DNA of 64,000 nucleotides from Catajapyx aquilonaris (taxonomy: Eukaryota). Below the pieces are notes generated by a model, which ran no database searches, was not told the origin of the DNA, and saw nothing but the letters and a program-made list of their open reading frames with translations. The translations under genes were made by a program, and so were the position numbers. This document shows, piece by piece, positions 25,943-39,450 of the stretch. The DNA lies in NCBI GenBank assembly GCA_000934665.2, contig JYFJ02000715.1, positions 62,001 to 126,000 on the forward strand. The letters are read 5' to 3'. Every line of letters starts with the position of its first letter. Position 1 is the first letter of the stretch.

Positions 25943-28900
25943 TACACTAACAATAAGTTATACTGAAGAGAATTTCAATTTTTACATTAATGGGTACAGT
26001 CGCGTTTCATGTAGTAATGTAACGCAAATCGAATCGTGTTATCATAATTGCATAACATTTGGATAATTATTTTAGGCCAAATTAAGCGACATAATAAATT
26101 GAGCAGTTACTGCAATATGTAATTATTGTTTCAGACCTACTGCAGGATAGTCTGAAATATTAAGCTGAACGTAATTATTATTAATCTCACACTGCAGTCA
26201 GTAAACAGAAGGAAAAAATTAATCATTGCATTGATTTATTTACTAATTTCCTCATTTCTGTACTTCATGTATGATACAAATTAAAGTCGCGATTTAATTT
26301 TTGTAAATCAGAATTCCTCTCATGTTTGCATTATTTTGCGATCATGTGAACTGCAGCGAGTTTCATGCTGAGAGTAAAAATAATTCAGGACGTTTACAGC
26401 TACAGGGTTTTTTCTTCACAATTTGAATGTTTTGGTAGAGGTTTCAAAAAGTCGCTGCAATATTTTATTACAATATATTGTAGGCTCCAACATTTGAAAC
26501 GAGATTTTCAAGTGGTATGCACACGGCCCCTTCCTGTCCTAATAAATAAATGCTTAGAAAGTTTTACCAAAATTAGTGTCTTTGTCAAGTGACACCTTTA
26601 ATTAAGCCTTCTGCAGATATCACTTATTAAAACAAGCTAGCATCTTACAACCCACGTCACCCTTGCACATGTATCAAACTCTTCATTCTGATTTTTAAAT
26701 CAAAATAAGTTCGACCATCAAATCGCTCCATTGAAGCTCAGATTATCTACACAAAATTTGTGCGCCGAGCTTCTGTGAGGTCGGGCCCATGTAACAATAA
26801 AAAAAGTCGGGTAGTGTTGTTATGGGCGGGTCTCGCTGGAAGCAACACTACACGCAGGAATGACAAGCGGAACTAATCCTAGTGTAATTTTTCACCGGGA
26901 TTAAAATCTCGCTCGCCCAGATATGACGCGCTTTGCAAATCAAATCTGGGAAGCGCCAACTCAGCACAACCCCCCCTGATTGACACTCCGGGGCACAATA
27001 ATTATACGGGGGGGAAAAGGCCGGATGAGGGGTTTGGTCCTGAAGATGCTTGTGTTGAGACGACTTGTCTCCCACTTACAAAACGGACATGGTGAAGTCG
27101 AGTCAGAGAGCGACGGCGCGACTTTCGCTTGATTGATTCTTCTCCAGGATCCGAGGTGCTGTCGACGTAATGATTAGCTTTGGCCTCAACCGGTATCAAC
27201 ACCGACCTTAGGCTGCGTGTTCAGAGTCTATCGGGATTGAATATTCCGTCAACAAAAGGGCAGAACAGGGGACATGATCAAGATAGTGTTGTACAGTCGC
27301 GGAAATGAATAAGGTAGCTGAAATCTTCTTCACACAAAACCTATCCATTCCCATAGCTTCCACCCAGCAATACAAGCACAAAATTCACATATTCCCAAAC
27401 CTCACAAGCTGGAAAATCTGATTTTCTTCACTTTTATAATTCAGTTTTGTAACCCGTTGGATAAGCAGGAAAAAAGCCCAGTAAACACATTGCTGCTCTG
27501 ATTGGGAGCAAATGGCTTTATCGAATCGGCTTTTTTTTATTTGGAAAAAAATGCTGGAGTCCTTCTTCCAGCAGAAGCGGCGGTGACCATCCTGCACAGA
27601 GAAAAAAGAGACGCGTCGTCGAAGTCAATTGGCACAAGTTGGACCCTTGTAGCCCTACTGGAAATTTCCAATTCAATATCGCATCCTCTCCCCCTATACC
27701 TTCCTCTTCCTTCTCTACGTACATTATACTGCCTGCCGAACAATTTCGGAAACGTTCTTCCTTCCTCGAATCAAATGCAATTTTTTTTGGGCCCCCCCGG
27801 TAATGCGATTTTGAGGGAAAGAGAGTTTGCATGCGCTCCATAAAGTTATCAGTTCAGAAGGCAGGATGGATTTCCTTCCTCTTGGACGGACTTTTTGACA
27901 TGCCCTTGATTCCATGGCCTGTATACGCCAGCGGAATATAACGTCGCGAAATTATTAACTGGACTCGATTTTTGTAATACATTTTTTCCGCTGCCCGGAA
28001 AGCATAATTTTCTTTCTAATGTTGCTTGAAAGTGGTTTTGCAAGAGCAAGGTTTTTTTTCTGAGGAAAAGGAAGAGAAGGGGGAAAAAAGTCTGTCGGCT
28101 TTGCGTACATTAGATTTCGATCCCACGTTCAGGAGAACAGGAAAAGAGCAAAAGGGGGGAGGGAAAAAAAGTTAAAAGGGAAAAGGAACGGAATTTACTC
28201 ATAGAGTTAATTATCGAGCTTTTCCACGTCCAATTTCTGCTACTTTTTTTTCTCTCTTACATGTGGCTTATCTGCTAGCCATATTCCACTCTTGGCGAAA
28301 ATGGAGACCATAGAAATTCAAACATTAGTTTTGCGTTCCATGTGGATTATTACAGAGAGGAATGATCAAATAGTACAAGAAGCACATTAATCATTCCCAG
28401 GTTTCCCTGCCGGAGGTGCAATGGACGCCGTCTCTATATACACTCATATTCATACATGGTCGCAAAAAGTAGGACATGACTGTTCTAGTTCAAACGGGAG
28501 GGTATAGTCGAAAATATTACAGATTGTATATCTCAGCAACCATACCTGAAATCATATTGTTTATAAGTGCACTTCAAAAAAAAATTTCATCTATAAATTT
28601 TACTCTACAAAATTCATCTCCATTGTCAGACTGCATGCATTCTTTTGAATGTGATATATAATTATTGAAAAAGTAGTGTACAGTATTCATAACCGAAAAA
28701 ATTAATACACTAATAATAATAATCATCCAATGTCTGCCCTATAAGATTGATGCAAGCGACCTTATAATTATACATGGAGAAAAAAAGAAGGTATAGTGTC
28801 CTCCGTGCCGTGTATACCTGGCCGGTAACATCAGAGAAAAAGATGGCGAAAGGGATGAGCTGGCGCCAGTATTAATTAAAGGATAGGCGGGATTTAATTA

Positions 28901-29296
28901 ACCTGAATTACTCGCTATTAGGGGGACTTTCGGCGAGGTATTACGCACTGTTACACTGATTGACGGAGGGCGAAGTCATTAGAGCGAATACTGTGTAATG
29001 CCCCCAACCAGCAAAACCCTAGCCTTCCGCTAATATTCTGTGGGCGCCCCATATTTCTTATTTGCCGAGTGACACCGAGAGCTCTCATCATTTGAGCCTA
29101 ATTCGCCCACCTCCGACGTGAGTTCACTCCCTAATGATGATTTGTAAGAAATCGCCACGTGGATAGCGACCTGACAACCTCCGCGATCCATTTCCATTAC
29201 GGAGTCAAATGCTCCTGGAAATGAAAGTTATTTTGACTAACCCGCCAAGGGGAAATGATGCTCCCGGGAGCTCCGGCCAAGTGCAAGAGAAAGCTC

Positions 29297-29313
29297 CAGA
29301 GAGAGAGAGAGAG
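29297..29313. repeat. short (GA)n microsatellite
   Basis: agagagagagagagaga seen directly. Confidence 0.8.
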
Positions 29314-32300
29314 ATAGGGAAAAAAATATCGTTAGAGTAATGCGTTCAGTCATGCTATGCCCTTGGCCTCATTAAAGAAAAAATAAACAAAAATGTCACA
29401 TCACCTGAAATATTTGGCATCCCTTCCAATTATGCATAGGAATTCAATAAAATGCGTAAATACGTCATAATTATAATTTTATGTAATCATGTTCAATTTT
29501 TTTACACTTGATCTGAGGCGTACGCAGATAAAATGGAATAATTTTTTTTTTACCTTACAGTGGACTGAGTAAGTAAAATTGGCGAACATGTATTTCGCAT
29601 AAAACGGAAGGGGGAAACATATACGCAGATCTTCATAAAGCTCAAAATTGCTCCATAGAACGCCTGTTGAACTCTCATTACACACATATTACGCGGCCTT
29701 TTCCAACCTATTAGCTCATATTCATGGCTCTGATTTAATAATTTTCCGGGGCAATTGCCCTGCTCAATGCAACGGTTATCAGGATTTAAACGCGAAATTA
29801 GGTCCGCACCCATGTATACGCCAGAATTACTCTACAATACTCCTGAGCTTAATTGAGCTCCCATAATGTGATGAAACTGATGCTGCTCAACATTATAATA
29901 CTTCATATCTGGCCACTTAAGGCTCCAGACAACGCTGGCGATTTTTTTTTTTAAATAGAGTAATCAATGTTGTAGTGTTTGTTCAACAAAGATTCATAAT
30001 TAAAGTTGCATTTACAGTATTTTTGCATACCTGTCAGGATGTTTTATACATCAGAGGTCGAAATATTCTAATACAAAGATGCAATTTGCACTCCAAACCT
30101 CTTTTAAACCCGGTAATATATTGCAAAATATAAGTACTCCAAGTAAGTAATTTGCACTCCAGATTCAAGTTTGTTGTGCGAATTTTGCACCTGTACGAAC
30201 ATAGAGCCCTGACACATGTATTTGAAGCTCATTTTCTCAGTAATGAAGCTGCGGAGACCAAATGACACATTGATCCACTGATGACCAGGAGTTCACCCTA
30301 TGGAGTTCACATTACCTTTTTGTAGATTGTGACTAATGTGATCTTGTACTCTTCTTTTCACAGATATTTCTGAGTGGTTTTTGGAGACAATTTCTGTTTC
30401 AACGCAACCGCGTTCATTGGCGAGTCAACTCAGCACACCCCCCCTAATATTCAAAATGCCCCGTCTTCGCATTTATGCCCGTTGTAATTGGTCTGAATAC
30501 GATTAAGAGGAAGACAAGCTAGCTGGCGAGCCGAGCCGAAATTGAGTTGCACAAACAATCGTGAGGCGCGCTGGAAAGGAGTAAGGCCAAGGGCTGGAAA
30601 GGGGGGGGGGGGGACCCCTCAAGCCAAAGGAGACAGACTACAAAGAAAGTCATTTCCCGCTCTCCTTACCTTCCACCCCTCTCTTCATCAACAACTTTTG
30701 CCCAGGTTTATCCTCCTCTCTCCCTTATACACCCCCCTCTTCTCTCTTTTTGGGTTTTGGCCTAATCCCGACTTCATGGCCCCGGGATTTTCCAGCCCTT
30801 GAGCTTTCCTCATGCAGTTCTGCCGCCAACCATTTTCTCAAGAAAGGGAGACTTACTGGTTCTCATTCCGTTTCCTTGGAGCAGGTTCAGCGCGACACAG
30901 ATTTTCAATGGCACCTCAGCTGAGAGAGAGGCTGTTCGCTCTGATAGCGAGTGCCAGCAGCCAAGGGTAAGTTCAACCTGGCTGTCTCTGATTGTAGCTC
31001 ACCACAAACCTTTCCATTCTCTTAATTTTCAGAATTGGAGCGTGAGAAATTTCCTTTCCAGCCTTTGACTGCAGAGATTCACAACGATGCTGTGAAGAAC
31101 ATTTGCCATTTACAATGTACATAAAAATACTGCTCATGTACGAGTAGTATTCCTCCATAATAAAAAAATATATATCCAGAGTCTTCATATCCATGTTTTT
31201 ACCTCACCTTCTTTTCCTTGAGTGTCATATCGAATCATCCTCCCTCCAGGAAAAGAAATACGATTCGTTCGTTATCAACACGTACCTCCCTTATGAGGCT
31301 GCAATTACCAGAGAAATATTGTGCAATTTGGTGTCCTAGATGAGCCGGCGGGTAATTGGACCGGCTTTACAAGAAAAAAAAGGCGTGAAGAAGCGGGGGG
31401 AGTTTGAAAATGAATAAGGCGTCTTGTGGGAACACCCATTCCAAAATATTATTTTCATAATAAAAAAAATTGTACCTCGGATTACGAAGCGGCAAACCAA
31501 CCCTCCCAGCTTCACCCCTTCCAAATTTCTGCTTTTGGTAATACCGCGCTGTGGGGGTAATGTGATTGCCACAACCACTTCTGGGAGCTCATTAGAAAAG
31601 GAGGAACGAGGAAATTCGTCTTAGCGACGGAAGAAGCCAACTTCGGTGGACTCCTTACACTTCGCAAATATTATTTCACAGCCTCGACAGCATCTGCGTC
31701 GCACCTGGCAGAAAATAACTTAACATAATTTTCTGGGCGATGACCCACATGGACCCCGGAAATCAGTAGATGGAGCACGCTGTTTCCTTTCCGAGCGGAA
31801 GGACATTTCGGTGACATTATACGACCCGTTTCCAAATTTTGTCAATCAGTATGACAGTAACAAACAACTTTAATGAGATGATAGACCGATTTACCACCTA
31901 GTACTATTCTTCACAAGTAGATGGCGCATACTCCTTCTGTACACTCCTGCCACCTTCAGGGCGTGCGAGCGATCGAGACACTATCAGGTGGGACAAACAT
32001 CCGACGGAGAGAATAAGCCTATTAGGAGGATTTTCAGTTGCTGGACGCAAAATTCGGCGGAGTGGGCACCTGTTGCCCTCCGCTTCGTATAGTGCATATA
32101 TAGTTGGAAGCCTCTGGTGGTCCGGGACGTGGCAACTCTGCCTCGGGGTAATTTATAGCCGGTGCTTCCTTTTCTACAACTGGAGTTTGGGGGGTAGGCA
32201 GAGGGGGTGTTAGGAAGCAGGAAGCGTTACCTGGAAACAACTCCTGCGGCGGACGACCAGAGCTGAATGCAATTTTGGGGGAAGGTGGGTTGGAGGCTCA

Positions 32301-35300
32301 TCGCTTATTCAGCTGTGTTGCCGCCACATCTATGTCTGAGCCTAATTTTGGGGGTTATCGCTTCCAGCAGGAACCACTGGCAGCTAAAAATGTATGTGGC
32401 TGGAGGAGGTAAAATTGTGTGTAACGGAAATTGACGTCACAACGGCAGCTTCAGGCAGTGAAACTTGCAATTAAAGCTGACGTCAGTGCCCAAATGAGAT
32501 TACTGGGCTTGTAGTTCCAATCCAATGGATTTCACATCATTTTTTCAGTGTCTTTTAATTATGCAGGTGTGTAGCAGGTGATCAAATGATTAAAGTTCAG
32601 GCCTACAGAGAGTTAGGTTCATGCTTTGGTGTATGTGAGGGTCGGAAGCCGTCAACGGACTGTTGTCCGACATATTGGGAGCATAAAAGGTAGGCCAACA
32701 TTGTAGTGTATGTAAAATAGTGTCAGGCAGTACTATACTCACATGATTAGTGATAAAAGATCACCTTTATCCTGACTCTTCAGGGCTACCCATCAAGCTT
32801 CTCTGTCTTACGGGAATGAGAGTGTGTATAACTTCCAGGATAAAAATATCCTCTTCGTGTTCTTACAAAACTCGAAGTTAAAAATTGCGCGTTAATTGCA
32901 GATAATGAGAAAGTGACGATATTAATATCATTTATGTAAATAGCCAGACTTGATATTGGGACAGGCCCTTAATCCCCCACACTTCAATCGAGTGGGTGTC
33001 ATTTTATTCGCGACCAAACCATCAGTTTAGCAATAAGCGTTTTAGGCCAATCTGCAATCAGCAACTTACACACTTGATCGACTCATTGAGCATGTTTTGC
33101 ACCGCACTACGTTACATATCAGTAAGTGGTGTGTAAATATCCCCGCAAACTTGTGCCTTCCATGTGTGTAAATTGCAACTACATGCGATCCCCACAGGAG
33201 GAAATTGGCCCGCTGTACCCATTCGATCTGTTATCAACGCGTAGGCAAAACTGGTTTAGGCAGTAATAATAATTCTCTGTCACGCATCGCGTAATGACAA
33301 AGCCCATCGAACATGAAGTTTGCAGCATTTCACGTCGGTCAGGGAGGAAATGAACTGCATGCGGTTTTCCACTGACTCTGTGGATGTGATGGAAGTCAAA
33401 TTTCATTACTCCCCTGTTTTCACCTAGCGCAAATTGAGTACTTGATGACTGGACACCCCGCACTGTACAATGCATTGGATGCAATGCTAGAGAGGTTCAA
33501 TATACATATTGATCTACACAAAACTCTTGCCCATCGTAGCATCACTTTAAATAAAATGATAAAAGCAGGGCGCACATGACTTTCCAAAATTTTATTTAAA
33601 AACCACACATCCTCGGTGTGTAAAAGTGTGTCAAAAGCAGCCTATATTGATCAACCCCTTTTTCCTACCCTCTTCCAGCCAGATCCGAGTCCATTCATAT
33701 CCTCCAAGCTCCAGCAGCTGATTCGCCTAGTCCGCGAAGAGGGTTAATGAGAAGTAAATAATTTTAGTCAAACACAAGGAAGAGGGCCGCTTTCCAAAGA
33801 GGGCGATAATGACTCTTCTTGAATATTCCAGCCAGCCTTTCAAACCTCCGAATTAATCTCTCCGTCCTCCCGACTCCATTGCTGTACGACTCAACTCAGA
33901 AATGTCTCTTAGCTTCAAATTGGGTCATCACCGACCCGAGTATATATACTATGTCCACTTTCCTATAGTTGTGTTTATGACAGAATGTTACATAAGTTAC
34001 GAATGTCTAACGATCTAGCTGAACAAAAAAAAAAAATGGCGACGAGTGTCCTTTATGTGCGACGCCAACAGAGTTAGTTGTGATCATCTCGGCGTGAAAC
34101 AAAGGGAACAAATTGAGTTGCAGGCTTAACCTCCTGGCGGATGATTAGCCTCTCTTTCCCATCTTCTTGTGGGGAAGAAAAGTTTTCTGGAATGATTGGT
34201 GTCCTGGGGGTTTGCCCTTCGTTAGAGATTCGAGGCTTACGGAAGCCTGTCCCCGTGGAGATACAACGGACCTGTTGGGACTGGGTTTCCTTTATCTATT
34301 TTGTGTTTTTTTATGTGTTTTTTTATCCCCCTCAAATAGGGGCGACTTTTGCCACCTGGACGAGCCCGGAACTCTCCTGGGGGTTGATTAACAGACAGCT
34401 TTTTTTGTGATCTCGAAGGAACGAGGTGATTATGGATTGCCCTTTGCTGCTGTCGTGACTCAACAGGAGACAACAGCTGAAAAGCCACGACAGCAGTGAG
34501 TAATAGGAAAAATCGCAACTACTGGCAATTTATATCAAAAAGGCAAATATAATATAAAATTCTGACTTGGTTGTCTTTTCTCTTAATAATACTAGTAGCG
34601 GACCAGTTGCTAAATTTTGACAACACTACTTGGCCCACCCCCCAACGTTGTAGTACTGTAAGCTCTGCATTTTTAGTGCTGTGCTTTTACATCATCTTGA
34701 CAGGAAACTTTTGACCTTTTATTTCGCCCTGTTTTTGACCCTTTCCCCTGGTCCCATCCTCATCTGAACCTTCCTCAAGTGCACTCCTGTCCGAGGAAAT
34801 TCCATATTGGACCCTGTGCGCCAGCAATTTAGCTCCCAGGAGAGACTTGTCGGGTTTCTTGGTAGCTCATCTTGTCCTTGAAAGGATGCCACCCCCACCC
34901 CCCTCACCGTCTTCTATCTCTATCAATTCGCCGTTTAGAGGACCCCCCCTTCCTTCCTCTCGACCCGCTGCCTGGATTCTGATTCAATATCACGTTGGGA
35001 GGGATAAGCGGATGAAATTTCCGATCGTATCTCTCCTCTGCCAAGGCTTTCACCTTTTCGCTCAGCACTCTGTTGCGTGGGAGGGGTAAAAGAGTCATTT
35101 CCTCATCATAACCGACTACAATTTCCTACACGAGTTAATTAAAGGGCCTGTGCTCCTGACACACGCCGTCTCTTGTTGGGTGCAAAAATGTGACCCTCCC
35201 ACCTATACCTATACATCTCTCTCTGTCTGTCTGTCTGTCTGCTGGCGGAATGATGGAAAGGGACAATGAAGTTGAATCAAAGGTCCCTTTGTGTGGCTCA

Positions 35301-38300
35301 TCGTGCCAATTCCAATCCGAAACCCTCATCGGACATGGAAATCGCGAGGGAGGGTGAAACCCATCGATCCGAACTAGTTTCGGGAGAAAGATTTGCTTTT
35401 TATAGGCTCTCCCATGCTACGTTTATAGACCCACCCGCGCTGGGTATATACAGCGGGGGAGGGGGTGGCTCCCGAGAGAGTAATGTATACGTGATGTTGT
35501 GGCCTGCAACAACAGCCAATCTGCCTAACACACAAAAAAAAGGATGGGGTGCTTGAAAAGACAGCAACATTGAAGCTGTTAGCCACACCTGGACTCAGGT
35601 TACCCCATGGGGTAACTTGTAACATTTTATATAGTTACTCCTGGGTAAGTCACTTCCATGCATAATTTACAAGTTGAATGTACTGTAAAAATTTATTCCC
35701 AGCAACACTATACATGAAATTTGGCGGAAGAGCTATTTGATTGTGTGCACATTTCAATGGCCGTTGATGAAGATACCCGCTCAGCAATTATGTCACGCTG
35801 CGTTGTTTTTTAATTCGAGCATCAGTAAAGGGGATCGGCAGAAAAATAATGACACATTGTTGCGTCAATTGCGACTCTGAAAAATGGGTTTACCTGTCCG
35901 CCATTCTGTCAAGAGGCTTATTATTTCGCAAATATGAAGGCATGTTTATGATGTTCAGGGTGATCATCTGCACAATGGATAAAAAATAAGATAGAGATTG
36001 TTAACATTGCTGTTAGTACATTGTGCCCTATGAGCATGGTTCAAGTCCCCCCCCCTCCCAACCAGCTCTAAATATGCATTCTAAATTATCCTCTCACACA
36101 CACTTAAAGCATAAACACTGTTTATTACGCCCTGTCAGTTGCGATTATTTTTGCAGTTGCGCCCAGTGAAAGCGCGTGTCCGACCAAATGAATTTCGCAT
36201 TATCAGTCTCACTGTCGAACCAATATATGGTGAAGTTCAGCGACCCAAATTGTCGCCCCTTTTCATAACAGTTCAACTGTGAACCACCCAGTCCCCCCCG
36301 CCCATAAAAAACACAGCATAAACTGACACTCTCCAGCAAAAGCGGAGCAAGCAAATGATCCTCTTTCCAGCCCCACAGAAACCAAAGGAAGACCCTTTCC
36401 CAGCAGAAGCCGGACTTGGGCGTTCAGGAGAAGCTTGTTTGCTCCTCCGGTCCCAAATCCCCCAGAATTTGGGGGTCCCCCCCCCTCCCAGCATCCCTAC
36501 CTTCAACCCCCCCCTATCCCAAAAAGCCCAGCCCCAGCAGCACACCCTCCGAAAAGTTGATATTTGGGATGAGTCAGCTCTCTATTCAAGTCAACCCAAC
36601 CCTCCGTAGTTTCTGCAGGATATGGAGGGACCTGATATATAAGGAGGACTTCCCATATTCCCCAGGGGGTTAAGCAGGGCGGAATATGCCCTCTATAAGT
36701 AGCTTTCCAGACGCTGGAAATGCATCTAATGGGAGTCTCTCTCTCACTCTAGGGCTGCCAATGCAACAGCCATCTTGAAATCTTGCCTTTACAAGGCTCT
36801 TCTGAAACCGCTCGAGTGTACCAGCCCAGCACGGATCACTCCTTTTTCGAGTGTCCCTGGGTTGACTCAGAAGATGACAAAACATGCTCTGTAACAACGA
36901 GACCGTGAGGTATAAATATAAGCGTGTAAAAATATTATGCAGTGCGCTGTACTGCCACATTTTGTGGACAAAGTACGCAGCACTCTATGCAATTAAATGC
37001 TCAAACCGTGTGAGTGCGAACACGCGACGATGCCTTAAACACAGCCGAATAATGGAGTGGTCGATTGCAGCGGCATCAGCAGCATCAGCTCCGGGTCCGG
37101 CCACTCATTTGCTATTCCAGCAGCCCCTTCAATAATGCATGTTCCTGAATCATCAGGTCTTTGCTTTTGGCCCTGATTTGAGAGCGCAAGTCATAAAGTA
37201 GGCCGCGGCAACTAATTTGGCCTGGGCCAAGGGAAAAGGAAGGAAGGAAGGAAGGAAATCTTCCTCTTCCATTTCACCTCTCGCCGTGTCTGCTGCTTCC
37301 AGCCACAATTATACTTTATCCAGGTCATTAGGAAGAATGCATGCTGCTGCCTTCTCTCCATCAGAAGCAGCAGCATCCCTGGCAGTCTATCCCCTCCCAG
37401 GAATTCTTAAGCGCGTTTAAACTGAATAATTTGGCATGCAAATAAGGGCTACCGTCCCTTCCTTGGTCAAACGCCATCCATCCTTATGCATATAACCTGC
37501 TGATGCCCCCTAGTAAGATTAGCTTTCTGCAAGCGGGGAGGCTTCATCAGCTTGTGTTTGGATTCGGTTTATTCAACCTGCCTCCAGGTAATTGTACCTG
37601 ACTCAAACCCACTTGCGGTTACATAAAGGTTTACAGCCCCAACGCAAAATGTCCTGCCCTGTTTGTAGCACGAGGCTGCCACGGTCTAGCACTCATGCAA
37701 ATAATACTGACATTAATTTGAGCGCATTATCAAGGGTGTCCTGCATAATTAATTACATTGGAGGCGATTTTGGCCAACACCTCGTAACTATTAGGCCACA
37801 CATTGTAGCTGTTATAACTGTTTGAATTCTGCGATTTGCGCAGTTGAGACTCTATCGAACTATGGGACTAATGTTATGTTTTACCTCACTTTCACGAGCA
37901 CTCTCTCATGCAATGGACACACAGCAGACTACAGAGTAGGGCCACACTATTATAATAATATCTCAACTTGCATGGATTCAGTAATATGTTTTGCTGTATA
38001 TTAGGTAAAACTTAAGTACAGTAATTCACATGTGCTGTGTGTGTACATTGGCCAGGAAGTTTAAATTAAAATCATGCCTTCTAAAAACATTTTGTAGCCC
38101 AAAGGAGGATCTGCTATACTAAGCATATCCCGTACAGTAAAACCTGCATAATATGTTGAACACTGACGGTTGCAAAGAAAATATTGTCCAACACAGGGAG
38201 GTGTCCAACTTACTAGGATGTCAACATAACGAGTTTCATATAGATCAGCACAGTAATAATGTAGAGTACAATTCAAAGTAAGTTCTGTGCAGTGTGCTCA

Positions 38301-39336
38301 TCCAGTAATCAATAATTTCCGATGCATGTTTATGTATTTGTTTATTTTAGGTACACTCTACACATACAATTCTTGGAACTGGCCTACTTTTTGTGTTTTA
38401 AAAAACGGTAACAAGTGACTGTTTTTAATTTACGACCCTCTTCTTAATTAGAAAAATATATCAATATTGTCTCTCTGACAGCAAAAATCATGCAGCGCTA
38501 AAATGACTCAGGCATGCTTCACAAAATGTATTTAGACCTCAGCATTGTTCAATTTCAAATAAAACCGAAAATGCACATAGAGTAAAATGTGAAAATTGTA
38601 CTGCACTCTTGTCCAACTTAAGAGGGCAAAACGTGTGAAACTTCCAAGATAGAGAGGTGCCCAACTTGGCAACATTGAAAGAGATAGGCTTTTTGACGGT
38701 TCCAAAAATAATGTCGTGGCCACTTGTCAAACTTGACAGGTATTACAGTCATTTCTAATGGACAAATATTTTGAAATATTTTTGTGGAATACATTTTTGA
38801 TGTTCCAGTTTTGGCTGTGTGGAACTCAAACATTGTATTGAATGTGTATCCAAGATCAGAATAAACTGAATTTAATTTAAATAATTTACTATGCAAATAC
38901 GTTAGTTTTCAGGTCGATATGAGTAGTGTGCTGCTATTGGTTTCATTATAGATTTCCATGATTTTCCTCAATTCCTACGCAGTGGTCATCAAATTCTCCG
39001 ATATTCCAGCCCTCGAATGTACTGTATATTAGCAGACGTCTTTATTACATGCATCACTATGCATGCATGTATGACCTTTATGCACGTGTGCACTTGATAG
39101 GTGTACTGTGTGAACGCATCCATATCGAGAAGTGTGAGCACATGACTGGAATCGCGGGGGCTGTAATTGGCTCGGTTCTCGAGTGACAGTGTTGAGGAAG
39201 CTCTTTCGTTGCTAATGATCAAAGCATGTTCCACTTTTCCGCTCCAGAAGCGGATTTTACTCACCAGAAGAGAGTCTCTCCTTTTACGCACTGACACCCC
39301 CAATTTTTCTCCAGCAACGATTGTTGGCTCTGATAC

Positions 39337-39450
39337 CTCTCTCTCACTCACTCTCACTCTTTCTCTCTCTCTATCGCTCTCATTCTTCCTCCCTCGAAAG
39401 GCAATTCCACCCTCATAATCTTCTTCCCTGTCTCTCTCTCTCTCTCGCTC
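39337..39450. repeat. degenerate (CT)n tract
   Basis: Several interrupted CT runs (ctctctctcactcactctcactct.., ctctctctctctctcgctc). Confidence 0.7.

Noticed and set aside
30885..30966. Exon-like segment bounded by cag| and |gtaagt
   Set aside because: No recognisable peptide or partner exons; such site pairs occur by chance in 50 kb.
34237..34518. Minus-strand ORF with a signal-peptide-like start (RFFLLLTAVVAFQLLSPVES)
   Set aside because: Begins at TTG rather than ATG, has no recognisable mature peptide and no supporting exon structure.
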